Shown piece after piece: positions 1-10,457 of a stretch of 64,000 nucleotides of DNA (positions are counted from its first letter, which is position 1; each line of letters opens with the position of its first letter). Below the pieces are notes generated by a model, which saw nothing but the letters and a program-made list of their open reading frames with translations, was not told the origin of the DNA and did not search any database. The stretch is from Methanocellales archaeon (lineage in GTDB: Archaea; Halobacteriota; JAWCLZ01). The stretch spans positions 53,168-117,167 of the forward strand of contig JAWCMA010000001.1 in the NCBI GenBank assembly GCA_038850285.1. Reading direction: 5' to 3'. The position numbers were made by a program, and so were the translations under genes.

Positions 1-555
1 CACAGCACTGCCACTTAATGCAAAGCTCAAGAGTAGCATGACTACTATGCTTAAAACCAAGCTGAATGCTGTTCTCTCTATCATATCCAAATGCTCTATA
101 TTTGGAAATATGATTGCAAGTAATACATACCCTGGGAATAAGAGTAGCACTGGCAATGCAATTATTCTAAAGATGATCTCCTCGAAAGATGTTGCAAAAA
201 TCGCGGCATCAATAAGTAGAGTTATGATTGCAATAGCAAACAAATCATGGCTATAGTTGAATTCTCTTTTGAAGAAGTTTCTATGCAGGTAATCCAGCAG
301 CATTTTTTCCTGCCTTACGTGCTCCTGCAAGCTCTTTATTTGCTCTTCATACCCTCGTAGTTTACTGCTGCACTCAGGAGGAATAGATAGATTATTTAAT
401 TTGAGTACTTCAAGTGCATCTCGTAGCCTTGATTCCTCTATCCTTAGTCTCTGGATATCTGCAATGGCTTTTTTAATATTATGAACATGCTCTTTTTCCA
501 GCAGCTTTAACTTGGGAATTATTTTATCAATAATCCATCCCCATTTTTTATTCAA
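1..555 (-). CDS. DUF1616-like membrane protein with N-terminal helical-hairpin domain (runs off the window; absent from the ORF track)
   Basis: Hand translation from TTG at 555 is open to base 1: MNKKWGWIIDKIIPKLKLLEKEH...LLLFPGYVLLAIIFPNIEHLDMIERTAFSLVLSIVV. The FPGY..FP..LD..ER..S..LSI pattern is typical of DUF1616. Confidence 0.75.
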   Translation of the reverse strand, partial: MNKKWGWIIDKIIPKLKLLEKEHVHNIKKAIADIQRLRIEESRLRDALEVLKLNNLSIPPECSSKLRGYEEQIKSLQEHVRQEKMLLDYLHRNFFKREFNYSHDLFAIAIITLLIDAAIFATSFEEIIFRIIALPVLLLFPGYVLLAIIFPNIEHLDMIERTAFSLVLSIVVMLLLSFALSGSAV

Positions 556-577
556 TTTGCCAATATAAATTTTTTTG

Positions 578-1804
578 CTATATAGACTGCTTAGCAATGG
601 CATAGGTTATGCTGGAATCAATAACTTTAACGTCAAACCACTTCCCGAGGGGGAGGTTTTCTTTGATCACAATATTTCTATAGCAATTGTCTCTCGCAAT
701 AGTTGTATTTTGCTTCCCTCTCTCAGTTGTGAGTACCTTCAGCTGCTTGCCTATTATTGACCTATAATATTCTGAGGTTATTTGATGGTGAAGCTGGGTC
801 AAGATTCTAGACCGCTGTTTTTTCAATCTCTCTAGCATGTCTGGCATTTCATAAGCTAAAGTATGGGGCCTAGGTGAGAAACGAGTGATGTTAACCTTTA
901 CGGGCTTGATTTCAAGTAGGTTTTTCTTGGTTAATTCAAAGTCCTCCTTACTCTCCCCTGGGAATCCAACTATGTAGTCTGTGGAGAGTAAGAGCTCTGG
1001 ATAGCGAGCTCTAAAGGCATGCACAATTTCGCAATAATCTTCAATTCTATAGCCCCTATTCATTAGCTCTAATATTCTATTGGATCCTGATTGAACTGGT
1101 AAATGCAGGAATTTAAAGACCTTGGGGGATGCAAAAGCATCTAATAACTCCTCGATGATTGGCTTTGCAGTCGCTGGATTCATCATTCCAACTCTGATCA
1201 TAAAATCCCCTTTGATTTTAGAGATTTTCTTTATCAAAGCAGCTAGATTTGTGTTTAAATCAATGCCATAGGATGAAGTATCTTGAGCTGTGATTTGAAT
1301 TTCCCTTGCCCCTTGTTCAACAAGTATTTTCACCTGTGCTTCAATTGCATCTGGATTATAGCTCCTTAATTTCCCTCTTGCCTTCTTCACTATGCAGTAA
1401 GAGCAAGCTCCCAAGCACCCCTCGCATATTGAGATATAACCTATAGCGCCAGTTATGCCACTCGGTGGAGTTCTATCTTCAGCTGCAATTTTGCTCCCGA
1501 GTTTTTCGCAGATTTCATGTAAATTGCTGGGAGTAAGGGTTTCCACATTATAGTGCGCGAGAAGCTCAGGCTGGGCAGCTGGCAGGCACCCTGCGACTAT
1601 CAATTTTTTCGATGATAGATTTTTAATTCTCTTGAGCATTTTTCTCTCAGTGAACTTGGTAACCGTGCAGGTATTGATCACAGCTGCATCAGCTTGTTCA
1701 AAGCGATCAACTATGGTAAATCCAGCTTTTTTTAATAGATTTTCCATCTTCTTAGCATCGCATAGATTAGAAATACATCCATAGTTCTCGATATATACCT
1801 TCAT
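578..1804 (-). CDS. mtaB: tRNA methylthiotransferase, archaeal MtaB/MiaB-like radical SAM
   Basis: UPF0004 N-terminus (YGC..N..D, NTCTV, AGC), CLGACSYC radical SAM motif, HLPVQSGS, C-terminal TRAM domain. Confidence 0.88.
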   Translation of the reverse strand: MKVYIENYGCISNLCDAKKMENLLKKAGFTIVDRFEQADAAVINTCTVTKFTERKMLKRIKNLSSKKLIVAGCLPAAQPELLAHYNVETLTPSNLHEICEKLGSKIAAEDRTPPSGITGAIGYISICEGCLGACSYCIVKKARGKLRSYNPDAIEAQVKILVEQGAREIQITAQDTSSYGIDLNTNLAALIKKISKIKGDFMIRVGMMNPATAKPIIEELLDAFASPKVFKFLHLPVQSGSNRILELMNRGYRIEDYCEIVHAFRARYPELLLSTDYIVGFPGESKEDFELTKKNLLEIKPVKVNITRFSPRPHTLAYEMPDMLERLKKQRSRILTQLHHQITSEYYRSIIGKQLKVLTTERGKQNTTIARDNCYRNIVIKENLPLGKWFDVKVIDSSITYAIAKQSI

Positions 1805-1852
1805 TTCAATAATTTATTAACCCATTCAACATTTTATTTTTATTTTAGTTTT

Positions 1853-2560
1853 TTATTTTTTATGTTCAAGCATCCATTCTATGCTGCGGAGAATTCCATG
1901 TAGAGTAAATATCTCCTGCTCAGTTAATTCTGCTCTCCCGCAGATCCTGCGGAGCATGAGCATTGTTTTCCTCCGCTTGTGCTTTGGATACTCTACTTTT
2001 TCAAGTAGCTGTTCTATGTGTGAATAAAACTGCTCAAGTGACCTATGAGATGCAAGCTCGATCTCTCCTCCTTCTACCTTGCTCAACTCATAAAGTATAA
2101 CTCCAGCTGCTTGTGCTAAGTTCATAACTGGATACACAGGATTAGCTGGGATATTTACCACGATATCGCATTTCTCAATTACTTCATTAATCAACCCAGT
2201 GTCTTCCCTTCCGAAGAGCAGTGCAATCTTGCCTTTTTTCCCCTCAAGTTTTTTTCTCAATTGCTCTGGCGTTAGAACTGGTCTTCTTTTAAATTCGCAT
2301 TTTCCGGATTTCACTGCAGTTGTGGCTATGATCAATGAGACATCCATAATTGCTTCATCAAGGGTATCAACTTTCCTAGCTTTTTCTAATACATCGAAAG
2401 CATGAGAAGCCATAGCGCGAGCGAAGTCGCCAAGCTGAGGAGGCTTGACTAAAACCAACTCTTCGAATCCAAAGTTCTTCATAACCCTAGCAATAGAGCC
2501 TATGTTTCCCTCGTATTTAGGTTCAACTAAAATAACCCTGAGATTTAACTTGCTCATCAC
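1853..2560 (-). CDS. trmJ: TrmJ/LasT family SPOUT tRNA methyltransferase
   Basis: LVEPKYEGNIGSIARVMKNFG, LFGREDTGL, IPANPVYPVMNLAQA. Confidence 0.88.
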   Translation of the reverse strand: MMSKLNLRVILVEPKYEGNIGSIARVMKNFGFEELVLVKPPQLGDFARAMASHAFDVLEKARKVDTLDEAIMDVSLIIATTAVKSGKCEFKRRPVLTPEQLRKKLEGKKGKIALLFGREDTGLINEVIEKCDIVVNIPANPVYPVMNLAQAAGVILYELSKVEGGEIELASHRSLEQFYSHIEQLLEKVEYPKHKRRKTMLMLRRICGRAELTEQEIFTLHGILRSIEWMLEHKK

Positions 2561-3027
2561 TCACCTTTAATTTTCTCAATAACCTTTACCTCTGAGATGC
2601 GAGTAGTAGGATAATTCCCAGTTTTATCTTTCTCAGCTGATTTCACCATATCCCATATAGCTAAGAGAGCAGTAGTAGCTCCAGTGAGTGCCTCCATTTC
2701 AACCCCAGTTTTTCCCAGCGATTTAACCTCAACTTTTACCTCAATACTGCGCTTTGCAATCTTAAAACTCACATCCACGCTGGTGATTTGAAGAGGGTGG
2801 CAGAGTGGTATTAACTCTGGAGTGCGTTTCACAGCCATAATGGCTGCTACTCTAGCAATTGCAAGTACATTTCCCTTCTCAACCTTTCCCTCCTCTATGG
2901 CTTTAACTGTACTTGGCTTGAGGTAGATCCTCCCGCTGGCAATTGCTTTTCTCTCAACATCGCTTTTCCTGCTTATATCCACCATCTTAACTCTGTCCTC
3001 CTTAATATGGCTGAATTTAATCCTCAA
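2557..3027 (-). CDS. moaC: cyclic pyranopterin monophosphate synthase MoaC
   Basis: MVDIS, LIPLCHP, KTGVEMEAL, WDMVKS; start placed at TTG 3027 just after the upstream stop. Confidence 0.93.
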   Translation of the reverse strand: MRIKFSHIKEDRVKMVDISRKSDVERKAIASGRIYLKPSTVKAIEEGKVEKGNVLAIARVAAIMAVKRTPELIPLCHPLQITSVDVSFKIAKRSIEVKVEVKSLGKTGVEMEALTGATTALLAIWDMVKSAEKDKTGNYPTTRISEVKVIEKIKGE

Positions 3028-3028
3028 G

Positions 3029-4477
3029 TCAAACCCTCTTGGCAAGTGGGATATTTTCAATTACATCTGTTGCGAGAATTCCATAGTTCTTCTGCTCATA
3101 AGCAATATCCCCTGCTCTACCGCAGATGAAAGCACCAACTGAAGCTGCTTCAACTGGCCTGAACTTATGGAAGAGAGCCCCCACTATCCCAGCTAATACA
3201 TCCCCAGTGCCCCCAACAGTCATAGCTGCATTTCCAGTGCGATTTACCTTTACAGTTTCTCCATCGGAAATGATATCCATTCTGCCCTTGAGTAGTATCG
3301 TTAAGTTATTTTTACGCGAGAACTGCTGCACTATACCCATTCTCTCTCTCCAGTTTATAGGTAGCTCTATGCCGCTAATCACCTTAAACTCGCCAGAATG
3401 GGGAGTGATGATTGCACTGGTATTCTTGGGAATTGGTAGGTCAAGTGCGTGGAGGGCATCTGCATCTATTACCACTTTTCTGCATAGAGGAATTATGGCT
3501 CTCACAGCTCGCTTTGTATTCTCGCCTCTTCCAAGTCCCATTCCAATTATAGTTACATCGTGTCTTTCAATTAAGCTGGAGATTGCCTGTACATCTGCTT
3601 CAATCAAATAATCTGAGGAGAGGGGAGATACAATTAAATTTGGCGAGAAAGAAGCTATGGTATAGGCAACGCTCTTGGGAGCTGCAATTGTTACAACATC
3701 CGCGCCTGTTCGGAGTGCAGCAAGAGCAGTGAGCGCTGGAGCACCAGTGTGCGTCCCCCCTCCTATCACTAGCACTCTGCCATTGTCACCTTTATGGCTT
3801 TCTGGATCGCGTTCAAATCTCAGGTCTCCAGGGCCTACGAATAATTCTGCTTCTAATGGAATTCCTATGTCAGCAACTTCTATTTTCTCTTCCTTTATAT
3901 TTAGCAAGCCCTTCTTGAGTTTATGGAAGGTAACTATTAAATCAGCGTCCACGCATTTCTCAGCTTCCCCTGAATCAGGATCTAATCCGCTTGGGATGTC
4001 GATCGCTATTACAAATCCCTTGCTTTGATTGATCAGATCTATTGCAGTTGAAGCTGGCTCGCGAATTGCACCGCGTATTCCAGTTCCAAATATTCCATCT
4101 ATAACCACATCTGCGTTTTTAATCAAAGCTCCAATTTTCTCAAGTTCTCGAGAATCCTCTACTTCAATTATTTCAACCCCGCAGAATTCAAGTACCTCGA
4201 AATTTTTCTTTGCCTCTGGAGTTCTTATTTCATTTCTTCTACCAAGTAGGATTACTTTTACATCATATCCCTTTAAATGCCTAGCTGCAACAAAGCCATC
4301 CCCGCCGTTATTCCCTAGACCTGCGATGATCACAACTCTACCTTGCTTATATCTCCTTCTAACTGCATTTGCCACGCTTGCCCCAGCGTTCTCCATGAGT
4401 TGAAGTCTGCTGACACCGAGATATTCACAGTTCCTGTCAAGCGCGGCCATTTGCTTTGAGGTAATATAAGCCCTCAT
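3029..4477 (-). CDS. nnr: bifunctional NAD(P)H-hydrate epimerase/dehydratase (YjeF/Nnr)
   Basis: LMENAG, GNNGGDG, DIPSG, SHKGDNG, TPHSGE, GGTGDVLAG. Confidence 0.93.
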   Translation of the reverse strand: MRAYITSKQMAALDRNCEYLGVSRLQLMENAGASVANAVRRRYKQGRVVIIAGLGNNGGDGFVAARHLKGYDVKVILLGRRNEIRTPEAKKNFEVLEFCGVEIIEVEDSRELEKIGALIKNADVVIDGIFGTGIRGAIREPASTAIDLINQSKGFVIAIDIPSGLDPDSGEAEKCVDADLIVTFHKLKKGLLNIKEEKIEVADIGIPLEAELFVGPGDLRFERDPESHKGDNGRVLVIGGGTHTGAPALTALAALRTGADVVTIAAPKSVAYTIASFSPNLIVSPLSSDYLIEADVQAISSLIERHDVTIIGMGLGRGENTKRAVRAIIPLCRKVVIDADALHALDLPIPKNTSAIITPHSGEFKVISGIELPINWRERMGIVQQFSRKNNLTILLKGRMDIISDGETVKVNRTGNAAMTVGGTGDVLAGIVGALFHKFRPVEAASVGAFICGRAGDIAYEQKNYGILATDVIENIPLAKRV

Positions 4478-4504
4478 GATTTATATATTATTTTATTTAT
4501 TTTA

Positions 4505-4786
4505 TCAAGTGAATATAGGCAGCACTTTATTCTGAAGATAATCGAGATAAATTTTCTCGTGCTGAATTTCATTCTCAAGCGATTTTATTTCCTCGGGATA
4601 TTGATTCAATTTATGGCTGTACTCAGGGGGTATGTTTAACTTCAATTGCTTTAATATCTCAATTGCAATTTTTAATTTCTCCTCCTCTGTCTTCAATTCC
4701 TGTATTCTCTTTGTATAGATGTCTATCTTCGATTGATGTTCACTCTCAAGTTTTTTAAGTTGAAGCACAAATGATTTTTCATCCAT
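4505..4786 (-). CDS. hypothetical helical-hairpin/coiled-coil protein, paralogous to the N-terminal domain of the 1..555 CDS
   Basis: 93 aa with heptad pattern; 37/76 gapless identity (hand count) to the 1..555 protein supports it being real. Confidence 0.8.
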   Translation of the reverse strand: MDEKSFVLQLKKLESEHQSKIDIYTKRIQELKTEEEKLKIAIEILKQLKLNIPPEYSHKLNQYPEEIKSLENEIQHEKIYLDYLQNKVLPIFT

Positions 4787-4869
4787 ATTTAAGCCATAGG
4801 AATATATAGGCTAATAAAAGTTTCTTAACACCAAAATCTCTTTATAGGAAATGGAAAGTTGAAAAATAG

Positions 4870-6033
4870 ATGTCAAGTGCATATGTTGCTATTCTCCTCC
4901 TTGGAATCGTTAGCTTGATGGGAGATGTTGTTTACGAAGGCTCTCGCGGGCTAGTACCTGATTACTTCAATTTCCTAGGTGCAACTGCATTCATAATTGG
5001 ATTGTCTGGGGGAATTGGAGATTTCTTAGGCTATGCTTTAAGACTGGTAAGTGGGTTTTTAGCAGATACCACGCGGGCTTACTGGTTCTTCATATTTCTA
5101 GGCTATGGATTGATCATCGCGATCCCGCTTTTGGGATTTATATATAGTCTAGAGCTGGCTATAATTCTAGTTATTCTTGAGAGAATTGGAAAAGCCCTGC
5201 GCTCTCCATCCCGAGACACAGTGCTATCCATTTTGAGTAGAGATCTTGGAGCTGGAAAGGCCTTTGGAATTCATGAATTTTTAGATCAAATAGGCGCAGT
5301 TGCAGGCCCACTTATAGTTGCCTTTGTAATGTTTCATAGCTCCAATAACTACCAACAGACTTTTAGCTTGCTAATGCTGCCTTTCTTAGTCCTCATAATA
5401 GTGCTTTTTTACACCTATAGCAAGATAGGTTCTAAGATAGCTGAACCCACGAGTATTAGTAGTAGCAGAGTGCTCCAGAAGCCTTTTTATATTTATACAT
5501 TCGCTGTCATGTTAAATACAGTTGGACTCATTCCAGCTGCATTGATTTTATATAGAGCATCTGTCATTCTTCAACCTGAGCATAAGCAGTGGATGGTTCC
5601 TTTGATTTACCTACTCATACAGGGAATAGATGCAATCGCTGCTTTAATCGCTGGATATGCCTTTGATAAATTCGGAATTAAAATTCTAGCGCTGTCCTTC
5701 GCACTTTCAATCTTTCCACCTATATTTACACTCAGCTCTCAAGGCTTCGAAGCACTGATAATTGCCTCGATTTTCTTCGGAAGTATTCTTGGAATGCAGG
5801 AGTCTATCTATCGCGCTGCGGTATCGAAGCTAGCACCACTTGCCTCCAGAGGCACAGCCTATGGGGTATTCAACGCTGCCTATGGAATTTCTATTCTAAT
5901 GAGCGGCGCGATTTATGGCTTGATGATGGATTACAAAGCCACGCTTGCCTCCTTACTCTTATTCATATTTACAATGCAAACAGCTGCAATAGCTTCTTTA
6001 ATGCTTGTTGATGAAAAAAGAGCTATGGAATAG
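4870..6033 (+). CDS. MFS transporter
   Basis: About 12 hydrophobic segments; SGFLADTT and ERIGKALRSPSRD loop motifs. Confidence 0.88.
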   Translation: MSSAYVAILLLGIVSLMGDVVYEGSRGLVPDYFNFLGATAFIIGLSGGIGDFLGYALRLVSGFLADTTRAYWFFIFLGYGLIIAIPLLGFIYSLELAIILVILERIGKALRSPSRDTVLSILSRDLGAGKAFGIHEFLDQIGAVAGPLIVAFVMFHSSNNYQQTFSLLMLPFLVLIIVLFYTYSKIGSKIAEPTSISSSRVLQKPFYIYTFAVMLNTVGLIPAALILYRASVILQPEHKQWMVPLIYLLIQGIDAIAALIAGYAFDKFGIKILALSFALSIFPPIFTLSSQGFEALIIASIFFGSILGMQESIYRAAVSKLAPLASRGTAYGVFNAAYGISILMSGAIYGLMMDYKATLASLLLFIFTMQTAAIASLMLVDEKRAME

Positions 6034-7792
6034 TTAATAGAAGAGCTAAGAGGGACAGTGAAATGGCTGCGATTATCACTGAGGCAGCAAAAGCCCCTCC
6101 TATTGCTATTATTGTATTGGCTGCAGTGGCAAGTTGAGCAGTTTTATGAGCGCCGAATACATATACATCAACCATCTCGCTCCTGAGCCCTGCTTCAACT
6201 TCCTCTAGGTCTTCAAGTGCTTCAATTGCGAGTTGCTTAACTGCGTTTATCAGCCTATCGTGATCCATATATGCACCGATGAAAATTGCACCTGATTTTA
6301 TATTAACAGTATGGGTATCAGTGGTCATAACTTCAGCTTCATCTATACCAAGTGCTTTTACCTCTTCCACGATTTTATCCCTTAAGCCTTTTACCATGTT
6401 ATTGCCATCAATTAAGATATACGCAGTTCTCTGGCCAAGTACTTCCACTATCGCGAGTAAGATACCTAGCTCTCCCATGCCTTCTTCTCTGGTGAAAATA
6501 GGAGGCTGCTTTGCTATTCCAATTCTAATTTTGCCAAGTTCTTCCCTAGAGAGAACTTCCCAAGCTCGAGTGACTGCTTTAATTAAATCATAAGAGGCTT
6601 TACTTCCAGGTAGTATGATCCTTGCATATGGCTCTGTGCAGTTATGTGCATCTATAATTGCAGCATCCTTCGCTCCAGCCATTTTCACACTTGCTAGTGC
6701 TGCAAGTCCAACTCCAAATTCGATATCTTCAGTGGACTTGGGAGATAGGGTGGAGATAAATAGAGCTGAATCGCTGAATCTCTGAGCTAGAATCTTCACA
6801 TCCCCCTCAGCAATGCGAATAGATCTAGTGGCAAGGTTTGAGTATTCCATTTTAGATAGAGCTTTTTTCACCACCTCTATGATCTTAACTACCTCGCTCT
6901 TTGAAACCAAGTTGAAATCGTGATAGGCTGTGCCGTGGGGCACGAATACTGCGAAGTCAAAGCTCTTTGAGATCAACTGAGGAAGTGCTCCTCCACCTAT
7001 ATCCTTCATAGGCCCTGGGTGTACCATTGGTATAACGAATATAGCTTTAATTCTCCCCTCACTGCATCTGAAGCTCAATATACTCACAGGTATATTCGCT
7101 TCTTCTCCAAGTTTTTGAAAGATCCTCTCGAGCTCTTCACTCCCTTCATTGGTTTTTGAAATAAAGCATCTTATGAAGTCAAGCCCGCTTATTCCAAATA
7201 ACTTCCGAAAAGGCCTATCCATGAACTTTGCATATAAAAAAGCCGCTAGGGCGAAAATTATGCAGTATAGAAGGAGGAGTAGAAGTGACTCAGCGCTGGG
7301 ATAATAAAGCCAGAGCAGAGGTATGGAAATCAAGGTTTGAAATGAGGCTGGGAATATCACTCTAGCTATCTCTTTGCTTGATATCGTGATTAAAATTAAC
7401 ATGCGAAATGCAAATATTATTCCTATCCCCATTATAAAAATAATTAAAACTTCTCCTCTATGTAGAGTTTTAGCCGCAATTGCACCGATTCCTAGTATTA
7501 ATCCTAGGATCACTCCACTTGCGAGTGATAGGAATGCAGAGCGATTCAAGGTAAAGCTTTTATCGAATCTTAGAGCTAGTGGTGTCAAAAAAGTTGAAAG
7601 AACCGCGGGTAGAGCTATGAGCAAGAGTCCAGCTGCTAAATCTTTGGTTAAACTGCCAAAGTTAAAAACCCCTGCGCCTGTAATTGCCGCAAGGAAAATT
7701 AAAAAAGCAATGCTATGCTTCCAATTGGGCGCGGTGAATGCATATTTTGCGAGTGCTGCAGCTCTTTCATCGATTTCTCTTTTCACAGCCAT
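6023..7792 (-). CDS. DUF2070 family membrane protein
   Basis: Multi-TM N-terminal half; HPGP..GG, PHG..HDFN, IDAHN, DGNN, TTDTH motifs; ATG 7792 chosen. Confidence 0.85.
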   Translation of the reverse strand: MAVKREIDERAAALAKYAFTAPNWKHSIAFLIFLAAITGAGVFNFGSLTKDLAAGLLLIALPAVLSTFLTPLALRFDKSFTLNRSAFLSLASGVILGLILGIGAIAAKTLHRGEVLIIFIMGIGIIFAFRMLILITISSKEIARVIFPASFQTLISIPLLWLYYPSAESLLLLLLYCIIFALAAFLYAKFMDRPFRKLFGISGLDFIRCFISKTNEGSEELERIFQKLGEEANIPVSILSFRCSEGRIKAIFVIPMVHPGPMKDIGGGALPQLISKSFDFAVFVPHGTAYHDFNLVSKSEVVKIIEVVKKALSKMEYSNLATRSIRIAEGDVKILAQRFSDSALFISTLSPKSTEDIEFGVGLAALASVKMAGAKDAAIIDAHNCTEPYARIILPGSKASYDLIKAVTRAWEVLSREELGKIRIGIAKQPPIFTREEGMGELGILLAIVEVLGQRTAYILIDGNNMVKGLRDKIVEEVKALGIDEAEVMTTDTHTVNIKSGAIFIGAYMDHDRLINAVKQLAIEALEDLEEVEAGLRSEMVDVYVFGAHKTAQLATAANTIIAIGGAFAASVIIAAISLSLLALLLTIP

Positions 7793-7794
7793 TA

Positions 7795-8463
7795 TTAAAC
7801 TAACTCCGCTGTTTTTATTTCTAGAGTACCTCGATTGCCATACCACTTTGACTTGGCCTCTTTGATATTTATGCGTTTCTTGAAAAATGGAGCATTGGTA
7901 ACAAATGTTTCATACTCTCCCCCCTCGCCAGCTATGTTAATGCGGTATTTACTTCGCAGTTTAAGTAAATCAGCTAAAGCTGCTTCATCTAGCTTTCTCC
8001 CGAGCCAGCTTTCATTTAACCCCTCGGCTGCAACGTGTATTATTACTATCTCCATTGTTTTCACCATATCTCGCAGCAGCAGCTCTTGATCTTTTTTCCA
8101 GAGTGGGGAGAGCATTTCAATTCCAAGTTCACTGCAAATATGTTTTATCCTAGAGGCTTGGTATTCTGAGGCAATTGCACCTGTGATTATTCCATCGATA
8201 TTTGCACGGGAAATAGCTATTTTTAAGTCCTCTAGTTCCTCTTCCTCAATCCCGCTGGATTCTTGCATTATAAGTGGAATTCCACAGGCTTTTGAGTATA
8301 GTTCAAGGAGATGCAAATTATGAGAGTGATACATATAGGAATCTTCTCGCTTGGGGCGAATTGTTATTAACTTTGCGATGTTAACTCCATTTTGAAGCGC
8401 TAGATATATTGCGTAGGATGAGTCTTTTCCTCCTGAGGTTAACGCTCCATATTTTGCGGCCAT
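7795..8463 (-). CDS. dph6: diphthine--ammonia ligase family PP-loop ATPase
   Basis: SGGKDS, SYMYH, GAIASEYQ, GEGGEYET. Confidence 0.85.
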   Translation of the reverse strand: MAAKYGALTSGGKDSSYAIYLALQNGVNIAKLITIRPKREDSYMYHSHNLHLLELYSKACGIPLIMQESSGIEEEELEDLKIAISRANIDGIITGAIASEYQASRIKHICSELGIEMLSPLWKKDQELLLRDMVKTMEIVIIHVAAEGLNESWLGRKLDEAALADLLKLRSKYRINIAGEGGEYETFVTNAPFFKKRINIKEAKSKWYGNRGTLEIKTAELV

Positions 8464-8474
8464 AGAGGGATGCC

Positions 8475-8819
8475 TCAATGCTTTATTTCCTCTACCTCTA
8501 TAACCTTTAAAGGTATGTCTTTTAATGCTTTGCCAATTTCTTTTTTAGCAATTCGCTTAGCATGCTCTTCATTCTCAGCATTGTATACTTTTATCTCCAA
8601 TAGCAAGCCTACGAGTGCAATGTTGCCTGCGAGGAAAACACTATCAAGGGGTTCCCCGCAAGCTGGACAAGGTGTTGTGCCCACTGCGACTTCAACATAG
8701 CTTTTATCAGGATTCAAGCGCTTCCCTACTTCTGCCACTGCCACGTTCATTGCATCTTCAACGGTCTTGACATCCTTAACTATCCAACCTGCCTCTAGAA
8801 CTACGTAGTAATCAGGCAT
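8475..8819 (-). CDS. UPF0212/DUF555 family protein
   Basis: YYVVLEAGWIVKDV, CPACG, VYNAENEEHAKRIAK. Confidence 0.85.
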   Translation of the reverse strand: MPDYYVVLEAGWIVKDVKTVEDAMNVAVAEVGKRLNPDKSYVEVAVGTTPCPACGEPLDSVFLAGNIALVGLLLEIKVYNAENEEHAKRIAKKEIGKALKDIPLKVIEVEEIKH

Positions 8820-8821
8820 TT

Positions 8822-10420
8822 TTAATTCCTTCTCCCGAATATCTTGGTGAATAAATCATCAACTGCAGTCTTTTTGGCTTGTTTTTCTTTTTCTCTTTCT
8901 TTCTTTCTCTCTTCCTCTCTGTCCTTCTCTTCTTGCTTTTTTCTCTCAGTTATATCCACCGAAGCTCCTCCATGGTGCGTGCGCCTTATGCGTATTGAAA
9001 CAAAGATCGGCTTTTCTATATCGCTGCTTACAATAAGTGCAACCCCTGGGGGAAGTTGCTTTATTTCTTCCTCCACTTCGCTGCTCACTCCTTCTAGGCC
9101 TTTCATTATTGCTTTTACGTCAAGTGGATTTGTCACCTTCAATATGATTTGAGTGTTACATTGTGAAAGTACATTTTTATCTATCCTCGCTGGTCTTTGG
9201 GTTACCACAATTAATCCCAGTCCAAATTTTCTTCCCTCGCTAGCTATTGTGCGCAGGATTTCAGAACTAGGTGTTTTAGTAAATCCTTTCTCGGGACAGT
9301 ATCTATGGGCTTCTTCAACTATTATCACCCCAGGGGGTATTTTATTTGATTTTCTCGCTTCAAATAGCTCTCTGCAAAGCCTTGAAACGATTATTTGCTG
9401 AAGATCTGGATTCACTCCTTTCATATCCACTATGCTAGCTCTACCTCTTTGCATGAGTTCTTCTACAGATGTGGGTTTTTCTGAGAAGATACCGCTATTC
9501 TGCAGCATATCTAGGGCGCTTATCACTGACCACTTAGCCTTGCTATGCACGTGGCTGAGTTCTTTAATTATATCCTCTACTGTGTAATGTGCTTTTATAG
9601 CTTTGAGGTTTAAAATTGCTTCATAGAGCACACCCATTACTCTGCTTGGGTCGCGCGAGATCAACTCAGCTAGTTCTTGAGGTTCGAGATTTGAGCTATT
9701 TAATCTGAAGAGCTTGTCTGCAGTTGGATTTACTTTGAAATTAGCAGGGGTATATACAACAACTTGCGATGCATAGCTTTTCGGTTCAACTCCAAAGCGC
9801 TTCATTAATTGACGTTGCTCTATATTTCTATTCTCAATTTTCAAAGTGGCATACTCGCCATGGGGGTCTATGATTATAATTGGAACATTTTTCTCAAGAA
9901 GTTCTTCTATTATTACTCCAACCGTATAGGATTTACCTCCCCCAGTTTTAGCTATAATACTACAGTGCTTCTGAACCAGTTTATTTATATCCAGTTTTAC
10001 TTCCAAGTCATGTCCTTCCAACAAGCCTATGTAGGCATCTCCTCTTTCAAGTCCGAGACAGCGAGTTATTAATTCATTATCTGCTTTGAAAACCTTTGTA
10101 CCAGGGCTAAATGGGGTTCTTGGAATTCTAAGCAGTTGATTTTCATCTCTATAGCCTATAACTACTACTTTTGCTATTTCCCTCTCCCCTCCACTGAGGA
10201 TTTTCTTCCCCTCCACTAGCTCCATTGCTGATTCAACAGAATTCAAATCACTTGCTCGCGTTATTGAAACAACTTGTCCCAATACCCAGCCTTCGCTCTC
10301 GTGCCACATTTTGACATAGTCGTTTCTCCTCACTTGGTCTGGTGCTGAAACTAAAAACTTAAACTCGTGTGGCTTAGTTTCACCAAATACAACGCCTGCT
10401 AAGTCCCTCAATTGCCTCAC
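8822..10420 (-). CDS. HerA-like ATPase (HAS barrel plus DUF87 P-loop domain)
   Basis: AKTGGGKS Walker A, DPHGEY, EEAH, EGRKFG, TQRP. Confidence 0.88.
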   Translation of the reverse strand: MRQLRDLAGVVFGETKPHEFKFLVSAPDQVRRNDYVKMWHESEGWVLGQVVSITRASDLNSVESAMELVEGKKILSGGEREIAKVVVIGYRDENQLLRIPRTPFSPGTKVFKADNELITRCLGLERGDAYIGLLEGHDLEVKLDINKLVQKHCSIIAKTGGGKSYTVGVIIEELLEKNVPIIIIDPHGEYATLKIENRNIEQRQLMKRFGVEPKSYASQVVVYTPANFKVNPTADKLFRLNSSNLEPQELAELISRDPSRVMGVLYEAILNLKAIKAHYTVEDIIKELSHVHSKAKWSVISALDMLQNSGIFSEKPTSVEELMQRGRASIVDMKGVNPDLQQIIVSRLCRELFEARKSNKIPPGVIIVEEAHRYCPEKGFTKTPSSEILRTIASEGRKFGLGLIVVTQRPARIDKNVLSQCNTQIILKVTNPLDVKAIMKGLEGVSSEVEEEIKQLPPGVALIVSSDIEKPIFVSIRIRRTHHGGASVDITERKKQEEKDREEERKKEREKEKQAKKTAVDDLFTKIFGRRN

Positions 10421-10457
10421 TACCTCCAGTATACTCTAGCCTTCAAGGTTAAATATT

